DNA of 64,000 nucleotides from Gemmatimonadaceae bacterium (GCA_035493635.1 DATJHY010000085.1:16348-80347); one strand, 5' to 3'. Numbered from the stretch's first letter, positions 35,668-45,608 are shown. Notes: generated from the sequence alone by a model not told the origin. Numbers and translations are program-made.

Positions 35668-36942
35668 TTGCATAAAAAGGTCGCGATCCTGTTGGCGATC
35701 GCCACCACGACCTTCACGATTGCGGCCTGCAGCGACAAGCTGGAAGCTGGCAAATCGTGTCCGTTGTTGTGCCCCGAACAGGCGATCACGCTCCGCGACA
35801 CGATCATCGACGCGGTTCATGGCGACACGACCATCACCGGTTTGCCGCCGATCGGCTCCGAGACGTTTCTGATGCTGTCGTCGCATGGCGACACCGTGGA
35901 GACGCGCGCGATCATTCGCTTCGACACCCTCGAGCAAACGTTCCTCGCCGCGAATTCCGTGGACAGCACGATCACGAAGCTCGACAGCGCACTGCTCGTG
36001 CTGCCCATCGCAAAACCCGATAGCGCGCATCGGCCCGCGACGCCTGTGACGATCGAGGTGTATGACGTCGACACGGCGGCCACGGATACCGTGAGCTCGA
36101 TTCTCGGCGCGCTCTTTCGGCCCGATCGGTTCCTCGGTTCCAAGACCTTCGCGCCCGAGTCGCTGCTCGATACGATCCGCGTGCCCATCGCGAAGGACAG
36201 CGTCCTCACGCGGATCGATAGCGGGACGCATCTGCGACTCGGCCTGAAGCTGGTGACCGGGGCGTCACGCGGGTACGACATCCGGATCGGCACCACGCTC
36301 GGCGGTAACGCGGCGAGCCTGCGGCTACGGCCGTCGAGCGACACCGCCGTCAAGCCGCTCATCATCAGTCCCGTGTCGCGCACGCCCACGGATCAGGTAT
36401 TCATTTCCGGGCCGTTGGCGGACTACACGATCGTCCTCAAAGGACCGACGACGACGCCAGAGACACAGCTCGCCGTTGGCGGAATCCCATCGCGACGCTC
36501 GCTCCTTCGCTTCGACGTCCCGGCGCACATCGTCGACTCGACGACGATCGTCCGCGCGTCGTTGCTGCTGACACAAACTCCAAATCGTCGGGTCGACGCG
36601 CACGACTCCGTGTACGTGTTCCCGCTCGCGATCCTCGCCGCCCCGGCCATCACGGAACCGGCCACCTTGCTCCGCTTCGTGAGCTCGGCTGGCTTCCTCG
36701 GCCTCGATTCGTTGCGGCTCGCTCCCGGTGACAGCGGCGTTCGGTCGTTCGAGATCGTCGGCCTGGTGCGTACGTGGCGAAACCAGCCAGCCACGGCGAG
36801 TCCTCGCGCGCTCGGGTTGCTGAGCGGTGCTGAAGCGCAGCTCCCGGCCGAAATCGATTTCTTCTCCACGAAGGCGCCACCGAGCGTTCGGCCGCGCCTC
36901 CGTATCACGTACGTGCCGCAAACCAGCTACGGGGTGCCATGA
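35668..36942 (+). CDS. Hypothetical lipoprotein with two beta-sandwich-like repeats
   Basis: TTG start. The signal and lipobox are KKVAILLAIATTTFTIAACS. Two segments share the pattern xRxxIRFD...xxxIxxAxLxL (ETRAIIRFDTLE...LDSALLVL and SRRSLLRFDVPAHIVDSTTIVRASLLLT). This resembles DNRLRE/DUF4270-type domains, a call made from memory only. Confidence 0.65.
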   Translation: MHKKVAILLAIATTTFTIAACSDKLEAGKSCPLLCPEQAITLRDTIIDAVHGDTTITGLPPIGSETFLMLSSHGDTVETRAIIRFDTLEQTFLAANSVDSTITKLDSALLVLPIAKPDSAHRPATPVTIEVYDVDTAATDTVSSILGALFRPDRFLGSKTFAPESLLDTIRVPIAKDSVLTRIDSGTHLRLGLKLVTGASRGYDIRIGTTLGGNAASLRLRPSSDTAVKPLIISPVSRTPTDQVFISGPLADYTIVLKGPTTTPETQLAVGGIPSRRSLLRFDVPAHIVDSTTIVRASLLLTQTPNRRVDAHDSVYVFPLAILAAPAITEPATLLRFVSSAGFLGLDSLRLAPGDSGVRSFEIVGLVRTWRNQPATASPRALGLLSGAEAQLPAEIDFFSTKAPPSVRPRLRITYVPQTSYGVP

Positions 36943-38093
36943 CGACCAGCCTATCGTGCCGCACCCGGAGCGTGTTGCTGGCGGTCGTGGCTGCATTCTG
37001 CGTCGCGCCGGCAGTTGCCGCTCAATCGAATCTGAGCAGCCAGGGCTTCGGCTATCCGACCGGGCAGCTCAGCTCGCGCTCCGCGGGTACCGGCGGCGCC
37101 ATCGCCGAAATCGATCCGCTTTCGCCGATCAATCCGGCGAGCCTCGCGATCGTCCCGACGCGCATGGTGTTCTTTCAGATCGAGCCGGAGTTCCGCACCG
37201 TCACGACGTCGGCCGGCACCGAGCGCACGACGACGGCGCGCTACCCGGTCGTGTTTGCAGCGATCCCCGTCGGCCACGGATGGGTCGCCAGTCTGTCCGC
37301 GTCGACGCTGCTCGACCGGACATCGACGACGTCGTTCACGAGCGTTCAGCATCTCACGGCCGTGGACAGCGTGGGGATGACGACGAAATTCGAGATCGAC
37401 GGGGCGATGGACGATGTCCGCCTCGGTGCGGGCTGGGCGCCGGCGCGGTGGCTGCGGATTGGATTCGGCGCGCACGCCATCACGGGGCACAATCGCGTGA
37501 GCGTCACACAGACGTTCGCCGACTCGATCGCATTCTCGCCCTTCTCGCAGCAACGCACACTGAGCTTCAGCGGCGGCGCCGGCTCGGCCGGGATCCAGGC
37601 CGCGGCCAAGTGGTTCACGTTCGCCGCCTCGGCCCGTACTGGCGGCACGGTTCGATTGACCGCCGAGGACACTGTGCTTGGCCATGGCACCGTGCCGACG
37701 CGGTTTGGAGGGTCGTTGACGTATACGGGCCTCGCCAACTCGTTCTTTTCCGTGCGGACGTCGCACGACAAATGGTCGTCGCTCGGAAGTCTCGGTGAAG
37801 CCGGGTTGAAGGGCGTGGACTCGTGGGATACGAGCGTGGGAGCGGACGTGGCCGGGCCCCGGCTTTTCGATCGGATCGTGTTCGTCCGCGCCGGATTTCG
37901 CGACCGGACCCTTCCGTTTCAGGCATCCGGTCGTACTGTAACCGAGAAGAGCGTCACGGGCGGGCTGGGCACGACCTTCGCAAACAATCGGATCCTGGCC
38001 GATCTTGCCGTGATTCATGCCGCCCGGAGTGCTAGTATTGCCGCGTCGGAGCACGCCTGGTTGATCAGTCTGGGGTTCAGCGTTCGTCCATGA
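36939..38093 (+). CDS. FadL/TodX/PorV-like outer-membrane beta-barrel protein
   Basis: Joined to the lipoprotein gene by an ATGA overlap. The signal peptide is VLLAVVAAFCVAPAVAAQS. The N-terminal hatch-like motif GFGYPTGQLSSRSAGTGGAIAEIDPLSPINPASLA resembles the FadL family, and the rest has alternating beta-strand character. Confidence 0.65.
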   Translation: MTTSLSCRTRSVLLAVVAAFCVAPAVAAQSNLSSQGFGYPTGQLSSRSAGTGGAIAEIDPLSPINPASLAIVPTRMVFFQIEPEFRTVTTSAGTERTTTARYPVVFAAIPVGHGWVASLSASTLLDRTSTTSFTSVQHLTAVDSVGMTTKFEIDGAMDDVRLGAGWAPARWLRIGFGAHAITGHNRVSVTQTFADSIAFSPFSQQRTLSFSGGAGSAGIQAAAKWFTFAASARTGGTVRLTAEDTVLGHGTVPTRFGGSLTYTGLANSFFSVRTSHDKWSSLGSLGEAGLKGVDSWDTSVGADVAGPRLFDRIVFVRAGFRDRTLPFQASGRTVTEKSVTGGLGTTFANNRILADLAVIHAARSASIAASEHAWLISLGFSVRP

Positions 38094-38100
38094 GCCGCTC

Positions 38101-39318
38101 GTGCAGGACACCGCCCTACCGCCGAATGCACCGCTGATTCTCGTCGCCGACGACGTGTCGGCGAACGTGGAGCTGTTGTTCGATCAGCTCCACGTACTCG
38201 GCTTTCGCGCCATCGCCGCCTGGGACGGGCCATCGGCGCTCTCGGCGTGCTTCGAGCATCGGCCGGATCTCTGCATTCTCGACGTATCGATGCCGGCGGG
38301 CGACCTCGGCGTCGACGATCGCTCCACGGGGTTCGAAGTCTGCCGCCGGATCAAGCGCGACCCGCGCACCAAGAGCATCCCGGTCATTTTCGTCACGGCG
38401 CTCAACGACACCACCGATCGCGTCAAGGCGATCGAGGCCGGCGGCGATGATTTTCTGACCAAGCCGCACAACCGGCTAGTGCTCGGCGCGCGCGTGCGCA
38501 GCCTGCTCAAGCTCAAGGCGGCGACCGACTCGCTCGAGGACACGCTGCGCAAGTTGCGCGAGGTCGAGAAGATGCGTGACGATCTGATGAAGATGATCGT
38601 GCACGATCTCAAGACTCCGCTCACGTCGGTGCTCGCGACGATGGAGATGCTTGCCGACGGCGACTTCGGCGCGCTCAACGAGCAGCAGCGCAAGATGCTC
38701 AGCGACGCCGAGAGCAAGGCCGAGGATCTGCTCGCCCTCATCGGCGATCTGCTCGAGGTGTCGCGCATCGAAGAAGCCACGATGACGCTCGACGTACAGC
38801 CGATCGCGCCGGCCGCGCTGCTCAACGAGGTGATCCACGAGTGGGACATCCGGTTCCAGCAGGAGGGCGCGGCGGCGACAGTCGACGTGAGCGACGACGC
38901 GCCGGTGTTCGAGGCCGACAAGGCATTGCTGAAACGCGTAATCGGCAACCTCGTTCAGAATGCTCTAACGCACTCGGCGACGGCGGTGACTCTGCAGATG
39001 AGCGCCCGCCGCGACGGTGACGGCATCCTGTTCACCGTCGCTGACAACGGCCCCGGAATTCCGCCCGAGTACCACGAGGTGATCTTCCGCAAGTTCGAGC
39101 GCGTGAAGAATCCGAACATGCCGCGCACGCGCAGCTCGGGTCTCGGCCTCGCGTTCTGCAAACTCGTCGTCGAGGCCCACGGTGGCCGTATCTGGGTGCA
39201 GAGCGCCGGTGAGGGGAAAGGCAGCTCGTTCCATTTCTCGCTGCCCCCCAGGCCGATTCCGCGCGAAGGTCGCATCGTGACGGCCGAGTGGCCGGTGGCG
39301 AAGGTGGCGTCGGCGTGA
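38101..39318 (+). CDS. Hybrid two-component protein: N-terminal receiver domain fused to histidine kinase core
   Basis: GTG start. The REC domain has ILVADD, the acceptor context DLCILDVSMP, and DDFLTKP. The HisKA H-box is VHDLKTPLTSV, and the HATPase has LVQNALTHS, DNGPGIP and SGLGLAFCKLVVEAHGG. No TM segment is present. Confidence 0.85.
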   Translation: MQDTALPPNAPLILVADDVSANVELLFDQLHVLGFRAIAAWDGPSALSACFEHRPDLCILDVSMPAGDLGVDDRSTGFEVCRRIKRDPRTKSIPVIFVTALNDTTDRVKAIEAGGDDFLTKPHNRLVLGARVRSLLKLKAATDSLEDTLRKLREVEKMRDDLMKMIVHDLKTPLTSVLATMEMLADGDFGALNEQQRKMLSDAESKAEDLLALIGDLLEVSRIEEATMTLDVQPIAPAALLNEVIHEWDIRFQQEGAAATVDVSDDAPVFEADKALLKRVIGNLVQNALTHSATAVTLQMSARRDGDGILFTVADNGPGIPPEYHEVIFRKFERVKNPNMPRTRSSGLGLAFCKLVVEAHGGRIWVQSAGEGKGSSFHFSLPPRPIPREGRIVTAEWPVAKVASA

Positions 39319-40568
39319 ACGTGTATCTGCGGACCTTCGGGTGCCGCGCGAACCACTACGATACCGAAGCGGTGCGGGCGATGGTCGAGGCCGGCGGGCA
39401 CTCTATCGTCGCCTCGCCAAGTGACGCAGATGTGGCGGTATTCAACAGCTGCGCCGTGACGTCCGAGGCGGAGGCCGAGCTCCGCAAAGTTGTGCGGCAC
39501 GTCGCTCGAGAGAGTCCGGCGCTGCGCAGCATCGTCATGGGCTGCGCGGCAGCGCTCGACGACTCCCGTCCGGCTGCGCTGCGCATCGCCTCGCTGCCGT
39601 CTGTAGATCGAGTCGTCGCTGGTGCCGATCTTCCCGCGCTGGCGAGCGCCCTCGAGCTCTCGCCGGCGACAATGCCGGTGACGACGCGCGTCCAGTCCGG
39701 AACTCGTGCGCTGCTGCGCATCCAGGACGGCTGCGACGAGCACTGCACCTTTTGCGCGACGACGATCGCGCGCGGCGCAAATCGCAGCCGTCCCGAACGC
39801 GAGTTGGTCGAAGAAGCGCTCGCGCTCGCCGAGCGTCATCCGGAGATCGTGATCACCGGCATCCACATTGGGACGTACGGGACGGACATCGGCTCGTCAC
39901 TCGGCCGACTGATGCAGCGTCTGGTGCGGGAAGTGCCGCGCGCGCGTTTCAGACTGTCGTCCATCGAAGCGACCGAGATCGACGATGCGCTGTTCGACCT
40001 CCTCGTGAATGCGCCGTCGATGCTTTGTCCTCACGTGCACGCACCGCTGCAGTCCGGCTCTGACGCCGTGCTCAAGCGAATGGGCCGGCACTGGTACACG
40101 AGCGCGAGCTACTGCACTGCCATCGATCGGTTGGCTGGGCACCTGCCAACACTCGGACTCGGCGCTGATGTCATCACCGGCTTTCCCGGCGAGACAGACG
40201 CCGATCACGCGGCGACGATTCGAATCGTCGAATCGCTCCCGTTCACCTACCTGCACGTGTTTCCGTATTCGGTGCGGCCCGGGACGCCGGCCGAGCGGCT
40301 TACGGGCCGCGTACAGCCGAGTATCGCGACCCGACGTGCGGCTGAGTTGCGCTCGCAGTCTGCGCGAAAAGCCGCGGAGTATCGATCGCGTCGCGCCGGC
40401 GGCTCGGCCGACGTCGTCGTCATCGGCCGCGGCGTCGAACGCGAGGGCATGACGGGCGACTATCTCACCGTCCAGCTGGAGCCGCGACCGTTCGAGCCGG
40501 GAGCCAGGTTTTTCGGCCGTTTGCAGACGTCGCCCGGCGGCGGTCTTCAAGCTATTTTGGTTGAATGA
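39315..40568 (+). CDS. mtaB: MiaB-like radical-SAM methylthiotransferase (MtaB-type; subfamily uncertain)
   Basis: GTG 39315 lies in a GTGA overlap with the kinase stop. It has the UPF0004 N-terminus LRTFGCRANHYDTE...FNSCAVT, the radical SAM motif QDGCDEHCTFC, and a TRAM-like C-terminus. Confidence 0.75.
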   Translation: MNVYLRTFGCRANHYDTEAVRAMVEAGGHSIVASPSDADVAVFNSCAVTSEAEAELRKVVRHVARESPALRSIVMGCAAALDDSRPAALRIASLPSVDRVVAGADLPALASALELSPATMPVTTRVQSGTRALLRIQDGCDEHCTFCATTIARGANRSRPERELVEEALALAERHPEIVITGIHIGTYGTDIGSSLGRLMQRLVREVPRARFRLSSIEATEIDDALFDLLVNAPSMLCPHVHAPLQSGSDAVLKRMGRHWYTSASYCTAIDRLAGHLPTLGLGADVITGFPGETDADHAATIRIVESLPFTYLHVFPYSVRPGTPAERLTGRVQPSIATRRAAELRSQSARKAAEYRSRRAGGSADVVVIGRGVEREGMTGDYLTVQLEPRPFEPGARFFGRLQTSPGGGLQAILVE

Positions 40569-41908
40569 CTTGCGACGAGCGACCGACGGTCTACGTCGAG
40601 ACGTACGGCTGCCAGATGAACGTGAGCGATTCCGAGCTGATGCTCGGAAATCTGGCCGCGCACGGCTACGATCCGGTCGATAGCCCCGACGGCGCGGACG
40701 TCATCCTCGTCAACACGTGCGCGATTCGCGACCACGCGGAGCAGCGCGTCATCGGCCGGCTCGGCGAGCTGCGCCGGAACATGAAGCCCGGCGCGGTGGT
40801 CGGCGTGACTGGCTGCATGGCGCAGCGGCTCGGCCCGCAGCTGTTGACCAAGGCCAAGCACGTGAGCGTAGTGATCGGTCCCGACGGCTACCGCGCCCTG
40901 CCGGCACTGATCGAAGGCGCGCGGCGCGGCGAACGGACGATTGCCACGACGTTCGATCTCGAGGAGCACTACGAGGACTTCCAGCCGCGCCGATTCGACA
41001 AGGTGAAGGCGTGGATTCCGGTACAGCGCGGGTGCGACTATCGGTGCACGTACTGCATCGTGCCGACCACGCGTGGACCCGAGCGCAGCCGCCGGCTCGC
41101 CGACGTCGTGCGAGAAGTCGAAAGCGTCGTCGCCGATGGCATGAGCGAGGTCGTGCTGCTCGGGCAGACCGTGAATTCGTATCACGATGGCGAGTTCGGT
41201 TTCGCCGAACTCCTGCGCGCCGTGGGCAAGGTCGACGGCGTGCGCCGGATACGGTTCACGAGCCCGCACCCGAACGACTTCAGCGACCGCGTCATCGAGG
41301 CCATGGCGGAGGTCGATGCGGTCTGCGAGCACGTGCACCTGCCGATGCAGTCGGGCTCTTCGCGCGTGCTGAAACGAATGCTCCGTCGCTATACGCGCGA
41401 CGAATACCTCGACTGCGTTGCCAAGTTGCACACGGCGATCCCAGGGCTGTCGGTCACGACCGACGTGATCGTGGGCTTCCCAGGCGAGACGGACGAGGAT
41501 TTCGAGGAGACTCTCGACGTCGTCCGCGCCGTCGGCTTCGCGGACGCGTTCACGTTCAAATTCTCACCGCGCGACGGCACTCCGGCCACACGAATGCCCC
41601 CGGAGCTGACCGTGTCCGACGAAGTGGCAAGCGAGCGGCTGGCGACACTCGTGGCGACGATCCGTGGCATATCGCGCGCGGCCAACCTGCAGCAGCTCGG
41701 CCAACGGTACGAAGTCCTCATCGAGAAGGAAGCGCGGCGCGGCGGCGATCTGCTCCAGGCGCGCACGCGCGACTTCAAGACCGTTCTGGTGCCGGGCGAC
41801 GGATCGATGGTCGGCCGTTACGTCAACGTCGAGATCACTGGTACGACTGGATCGACGTTTACGGGCCAGATTGTCCGCGAGCGCCAGCCGCTCCCACTCG
41901 CCGGCTGA
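40565..41908 (+). CDS. miaB: tRNA-2-methylthio-N6-dimethylallyladenosine synthase MiaB
   Basis: ATGA overlap with the previous gene. It has VETYGCQMNVSDSE...VNTCAIR, the motif QRGCDYRCTYCIVP, and a TRAM C-terminus (YVNVEITGTTGSTFTGQIV). Confidence 0.9.
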   Translation: MTCDERPTVYVETYGCQMNVSDSELMLGNLAAHGYDPVDSPDGADVILVNTCAIRDHAEQRVIGRLGELRRNMKPGAVVGVTGCMAQRLGPQLLTKAKHVSVVIGPDGYRALPALIEGARRGERTIATTFDLEEHYEDFQPRRFDKVKAWIPVQRGCDYRCTYCIVPTTRGPERSRRLADVVREVESVVADGMSEVVLLGQTVNSYHDGEFGFAELLRAVGKVDGVRRIRFTSPHPNDFSDRVIEAMAEVDAVCEHVHLPMQSGSSRVLKRMLRRYTRDEYLDCVAKLHTAIPGLSVTTDVIVGFPGETDEDFEETLDVVRAVGFADAFTFKFSPRDGTPATRMPPELTVSDEVASERLATLVATIRGISRAANLQQLGQRYEVLIEKEARRGGDLLQARTRDFKTVLVPGDGSMVGRYVNVEITGTTGSTFTGQIVRERQPLPLAG

Positions 41909-41986
41909 GACTCGGCGGCACCACGCCGCTATCCGCAACACAACGATGCGGCCGATGGCCAGCGCGCACGCCAGAATGCGCGGGCC

Positions 41987-44209
41987 ATGCCGCTCGTCGT
42001 CCTCGCGCTCGGCGCATACGTCACCGGTCTCCTCGCCGGGTATTCGGGCTCTCTCATAGTGGTCGCCGCGGTCGCTACCACGGCGACCATCGTCGGCGCG
42101 CAGCGCGACCGTTGGATCGCGGTCGCGCTGGTTTCGCTGTGCCTGACGGGCGCCGTCGTAGCACGAGCCACGGATCGGCAGCGCGCCGAGTGCAGCGCCG
42201 GTCTCGCGCGTGCGAGCGCGGTTCGCGTCGTCCTCGACGACAGCGTCGCGCCGGGCGGCTACGTGGGCGCCGAGACTTTGCCCTGCCACGGCGTTGCCTG
42301 GCTGGCCGTCGAGGGCGGGGAAGCCGCGGCGGGGTCGGAGGTGATCGCGACCGGCCAGATCGTCCCGACGCAGCGCGGGCTCCTCGTTCAACGCGCACGC
42401 GTCACAACGGTGCGCCGGCCCGGCATTCTCGACCGGCTGCGCACGTCCGCCGGCCATGGCATCGATGGAACGTTCGGCTCGGATGCGCCGCTCGTTCGTG
42501 CGCTGCTGATTGCCGATCGCCACCAGCTGTCGCCGGAAGTGCGGGACCGATTTGCCGCGGCAGGGCTGGCGCACATCCTGGCGATCGCTGGCCTGCATGT
42601 CGGCATCATCGCACTGTTCATCGAGGTCACGCTCGAGTTGGCGGGCGTACCGCGGCGACGCGCCAATGTCGTGACGATCGTCGCCGTCGTGGGCTACGTC
42701 GCCATGATCGGCGCTCCGGTACCCGCGGTGCGTTCGGCGACGATGCTGACGTCGTTGTTCTCGAGCCGCCTCGGCCAGCGGCCAACGTCGCGATGGGCGA
42801 TCGTTACGTTGGGTGCCGCTCAGCCGATCGTCGACCCGCGCGTCGTGCTCGACGCAGGCTACCAGTTGAGCGTCCTCGGCGTGTTGTCGATGATCTCCGC
42901 CGGCATGCTGGGCCGCCGGCTCGGCGTGCACCGATTGCCATGGCTCGCAAAGGAGGTCGTCGTGACACTGCTCGGAACGACTGTGGCGACGATTGGCTCG
43001 GCGGCGGTGGTCGCGTGGGTCTTCGGTCGCGTGAGCGTGGCCGCGCCGCTCACCAACCTGGCGGCGACGCCTCTCATCGCCTTCGCGCAGCCAATGATCT
43101 TCTGTGGAATGGTGCTCGCGCCGCTTCACCCGATAGCGGCGATCTTTGCCGACGCCGCGCATCCGCTGCTCGCGTTGCTCGATGGTGTGGCGACGACCGC
43201 CGCGGGACTCTCTTGGGCGTCAGTGCCCGTGGCGCCTACCGCACTCGCGGCGGCGATCGCCGGCGTCATGTCAGCGGCGACGATCGTCGCGTGCGCTTCG
43301 CGCGATTGGCTGCGTCCCACGTGTGTCGCCGTGGGCATGGCAGGCCTCCTCGTGTGGCTGCCCCTCGCGCCCTCGCGTTCGGGGCAACTCGAGGTGCATG
43401 TGATCGACGTGGGCCAGGGCGACGCGATCGCGCTGCGCACGCCACACGCGCACTGGATCCTCATCGACGCCGGTCGCGCCTGGCGTGGCGGCGACGCGGG
43501 GCGCGCGACGGTCATCCCGTACATCGGCCGGCGCGGCGGTCGGCTCGACCTGTTCGTGCTCTCGCACCCGCACACCGATCATGTCGGAGGCGCCGCGAGC
43601 GTGCTGCACGCTCTCCGGCCCAGAGCTTTCGTGGACGCCGGCTTCCCCGGATCAGCTGACGCATATCGAGTCAGCCTCGACGTCGCTCGCCGCGATCGCG
43701 TCCACTGGGCACGGGCCCACCCTGGCGACACGCTGACGATCGACGGAGTCTCGCTGCGCCTTTTGGCGCCCGATTCGGCATGGACGGCGTCACTGGTCGA
43801 CCCGAACCTGGCGAGCGTGGTCGTGCACGTTCGTTACGGTGAAATCTCCATGCTCTTCATGGGAGACGCGGAACAGCCGGAAGAAGACTGGCTGCTCGAG
43901 CGCGACAGCAGCGCGCTCCGCGCCGACGTGCTCAAGGTCGCTCATCACGGGAGCCGGACGAGCAGCAGCGACCCGTTCCTGGCCGCCGTGCAGCCGCGAC
44001 TCGCCGTGGTCTCCGTTGGTGCGGGCAACTCGTACGGACTGCCGACGCCGGCGGTCATGCACCGCCTCGCCGCGCGTGGGGCGCAGGTATTGCGCACCGA
44101 TCGGCTCGGCACGATCGTCGCGAGGACCGATGGACATCGTGTGTTCGTGGACGCCGCTGGAGACACATGGGAATTGCCGCCACGCTCATTGCCGCGGCCC
44201 GCGCCGTAG
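41987..44209 (+). CDS. comEC: DNA internalization-related competence protein ComEC/Rec2 with metallo-beta-lactamase domain
   Basis: 740 aa with a polytopic competence domain (LAHILAIAGLHVGI). The C-terminal MBL domain has HVIDVGQGDAIAL, SHPHTDHVGG and KVAHHGS. Confidence 0.85.
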   Translation: MPLVVLALGAYVTGLLAGYSGSLIVVAAVATTATIVGAQRDRWIAVALVSLCLTGAVVARATDRQRAECSAGLARASAVRVVLDDSVAPGGYVGAETLPCHGVAWLAVEGGEAAAGSEVIATGQIVPTQRGLLVQRARVTTVRRPGILDRLRTSAGHGIDGTFGSDAPLVRALLIADRHQLSPEVRDRFAAAGLAHILAIAGLHVGIIALFIEVTLELAGVPRRRANVVTIVAVVGYVAMIGAPVPAVRSATMLTSLFSSRLGQRPTSRWAIVTLGAAQPIVDPRVVLDAGYQLSVLGVLSMISAGMLGRRLGVHRLPWLAKEVVVTLLGTTVATIGSAAVVAWVFGRVSVAAPLTNLAATPLIAFAQPMIFCGMVLAPLHPIAAIFADAAHPLLALLDGVATTAAGLSWASVPVAPTALAAAIAGVMSAATIVACASRDWLRPTCVAVGMAGLLVWLPLAPSRSGQLEVHVIDVGQGDAIALRTPHAHWILIDAGRAWRGGDAGRATVIPYIGRRGGRLDLFVLSHPHTDHVGGAASVLHALRPRAFVDAGFPGSADAYRVSLDVARRDRVHWARAHPGDTLTIDGVSLRLLAPDSAWTASLVDPNLASVVVHVRYGEISMLFMGDAEQPEEDWLLERDSSALRADVLKVAHHGSRTSSSDPFLAAVQPRLAVVSVGAGNSYGLPTPAVMHRLAARGAQVLRTDRLGTIVARTDGHRVFVDAAGDTWELPPRSLPRPAP

Positions 44210-44577
44210 CGGGCCACCCGACCGAGTTACCAAGCCATCTGCTCGATCGCCATCCAGAGCTCGCGTGCGCGCGCTGGCGACGCGGCGGGCTGCCCGTGCG
44301 CGTCGGCGGCTGGTGCCTTGGTCAGTCGACTGTGTCGGCGATCACACTGTGGCACACGATTTGGTTGGCACCCAACCTCGAGGCGTCCGAAGAATTGCTC
44401 TTGCACGAGATTCGGCACGTTGCCCAGTTTGAGGCCAGCGTTTGGTTCCCGGTGCGATACGTCTGGGAATCCATTCGCCACGGCTATTCGCGAAATCGAT
44501 TCGAGGTCGACGCCCGAAGCTACGCGGCCCACCGCGTTCGGCCCACGACCAGGCAGGCTCCCGACACGGTGAGGTAG
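44167..44577 (+). CDS. Hypothetical small HExxH protein (DUF4157-like)
   Basis: 136 aa. The motif [12 protein letters not shown]...[14 protein letters not shown] resembles the HExxHVxQ pattern of DUF4157, a call made from memory only. It overlaps the comEC end by 43 nt and ends 2 nt before the fbp start. The start is uncertain. Confidence 0.45.
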   Translation: MGIAATLIAAARAVAGHPTELPSHLLDRHPELACARWRRGGLPVRVGGWCLGQSTVSAITLWHTIWLAPNLEASEELLLHEIRHVAQFEASVWFPVRYVWESIRHGYSRNRFEVDARSYAAHRVRPTTRQAPDTVR

Positions 44578-44579
44578 CG

Positions 44580-45608
44580 GTGGTTAAGCACACGGCAACG
44601 TCGGTCGTCACGATCGAGCGTTTTATCATCGAAGAAGAGCGGAACCATCCCGAGGCGACCGGCGAGCTGTCCGGCATCCTCTACGACCTGGCGCTCGCCG
44701 CCAAGATGATCGCCAACAAGGTTCGCAGCGCTGGCCTGGCCGACATTCTCGGCTCCGCCGAGAGCGAGAACGTGCAGGGCGAGGTACAGCAGAAGCTGGA
44801 CATCATGGCGAACGAGATCATCGTCAAGGCCATGGACCATGGCGGCCGGTTGTGCGCCATGGCATCGGAAGAGGAGCCCGGGATCATCCAGATCCCGGAG
44901 CACTTCAAGTGCGGCAAATACTGCCTGCTGTTCGATCCGCTCGACGGCTCGTCGAACATCGATGTCAACGTGCCCGTGGGGACGATCTTCTCGGTCGTTC
45001 GCAAGATCACGCGCGGGCGGCATGGTGAGCTGGAGGACATGTTGCAGCCGGGGCGCCGCCAGGTCGCCGCGGGCTACGTGATCTACGGCTCGAGCACGAT
45101 GATGGTGTACACCACGGGCCAGGGCGCGCACGGCTTCACGCTCGATCCGTCGATCGGCGAGTTCCTGTTGTCGCATCCCAACATTCGAATTCCCGAACAG
45201 GGCCGCTACCTCTCGGTAAACGACTCGTACGAGGAGTTGTGGGACGACCGGGTGCGGTCGGTCATGCGCCACTACAAAGGGCTCGAGGGCGGGCGCAAGG
45301 CGCTGAGTACGCGCTACGTCGGATCGCTCGTCGCCGACTTCCATCGCAACCTCCTCGGCGGCGGCATCTTCGCTTATCCGTCCAACCGGAAGACGCCAAA
45401 GGGCAAGCTGCGCCTGTTGTACGAGGCCAATCCGCTCGCGTTCATCGTCGAGCAGGCGGGCGGCGCGGCATCGAACGGCACTCAGCGAATCCAGGACGTT
45501 CTCCCCGACGAGCTGCATCAGCGCACGCCGTTGTACATCGGCAGCAAGAGCGAGGTCGAGCTCGCGACGCGCATCCTCACGGGGCAGCCCGAGCTGGTCA
45601 GCGCGTAG
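44580..45608 (+). CDS. fbp: Fructose-1,6-bisphosphatase class 1
   Basis: GTG 44580 in ORF 44442..45608, preceded by GGTGAGG. It has [17 protein letters not shown] near the N-terminus and the [11 protein letters not shown] metal site. [21 protein letters not shown] is also present. Confidence 0.9.
   Translation: MVKHTATSVVTIERFIIEEERNHPEATGELSGILYDLALAAKMIANKVRSAGLADILGSAESENVQGEVQQKLDIMANEIIVKAMDHGGRLCAMASEEEPGIIQIPEHFKCGKYCLLFDPLDGSSNIDVNVPVGTIFSVVRKITRGRHGELEDMLQPGRRQVAAGYVIYGSSTMMVYTTGQGAHGFTLDPSIGEFLLSHPNIRIPEQGRYLSVNDSYEELWDDRVRSVMRHYKGLEGGRKALSTRYVGSLVADFHRNLLGGGIFAYPSNRKTPKGKLRLLYEANPLAFIVEQAGGAASNGTQRIQDVLPDELHQRTPLYIGSKSEVELATRILTGQPELVSA

Noticed and set aside
40717-43659. A 980-aa same-strand alternate-frame ORF spanning miaB and comEC.
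   Set aside because: The translation is extremely Arg-rich (RRRxR runs) and has no domain signature. The annotated frames encode complete MiaB and ComEC motifs. It is a GC-content artefact.
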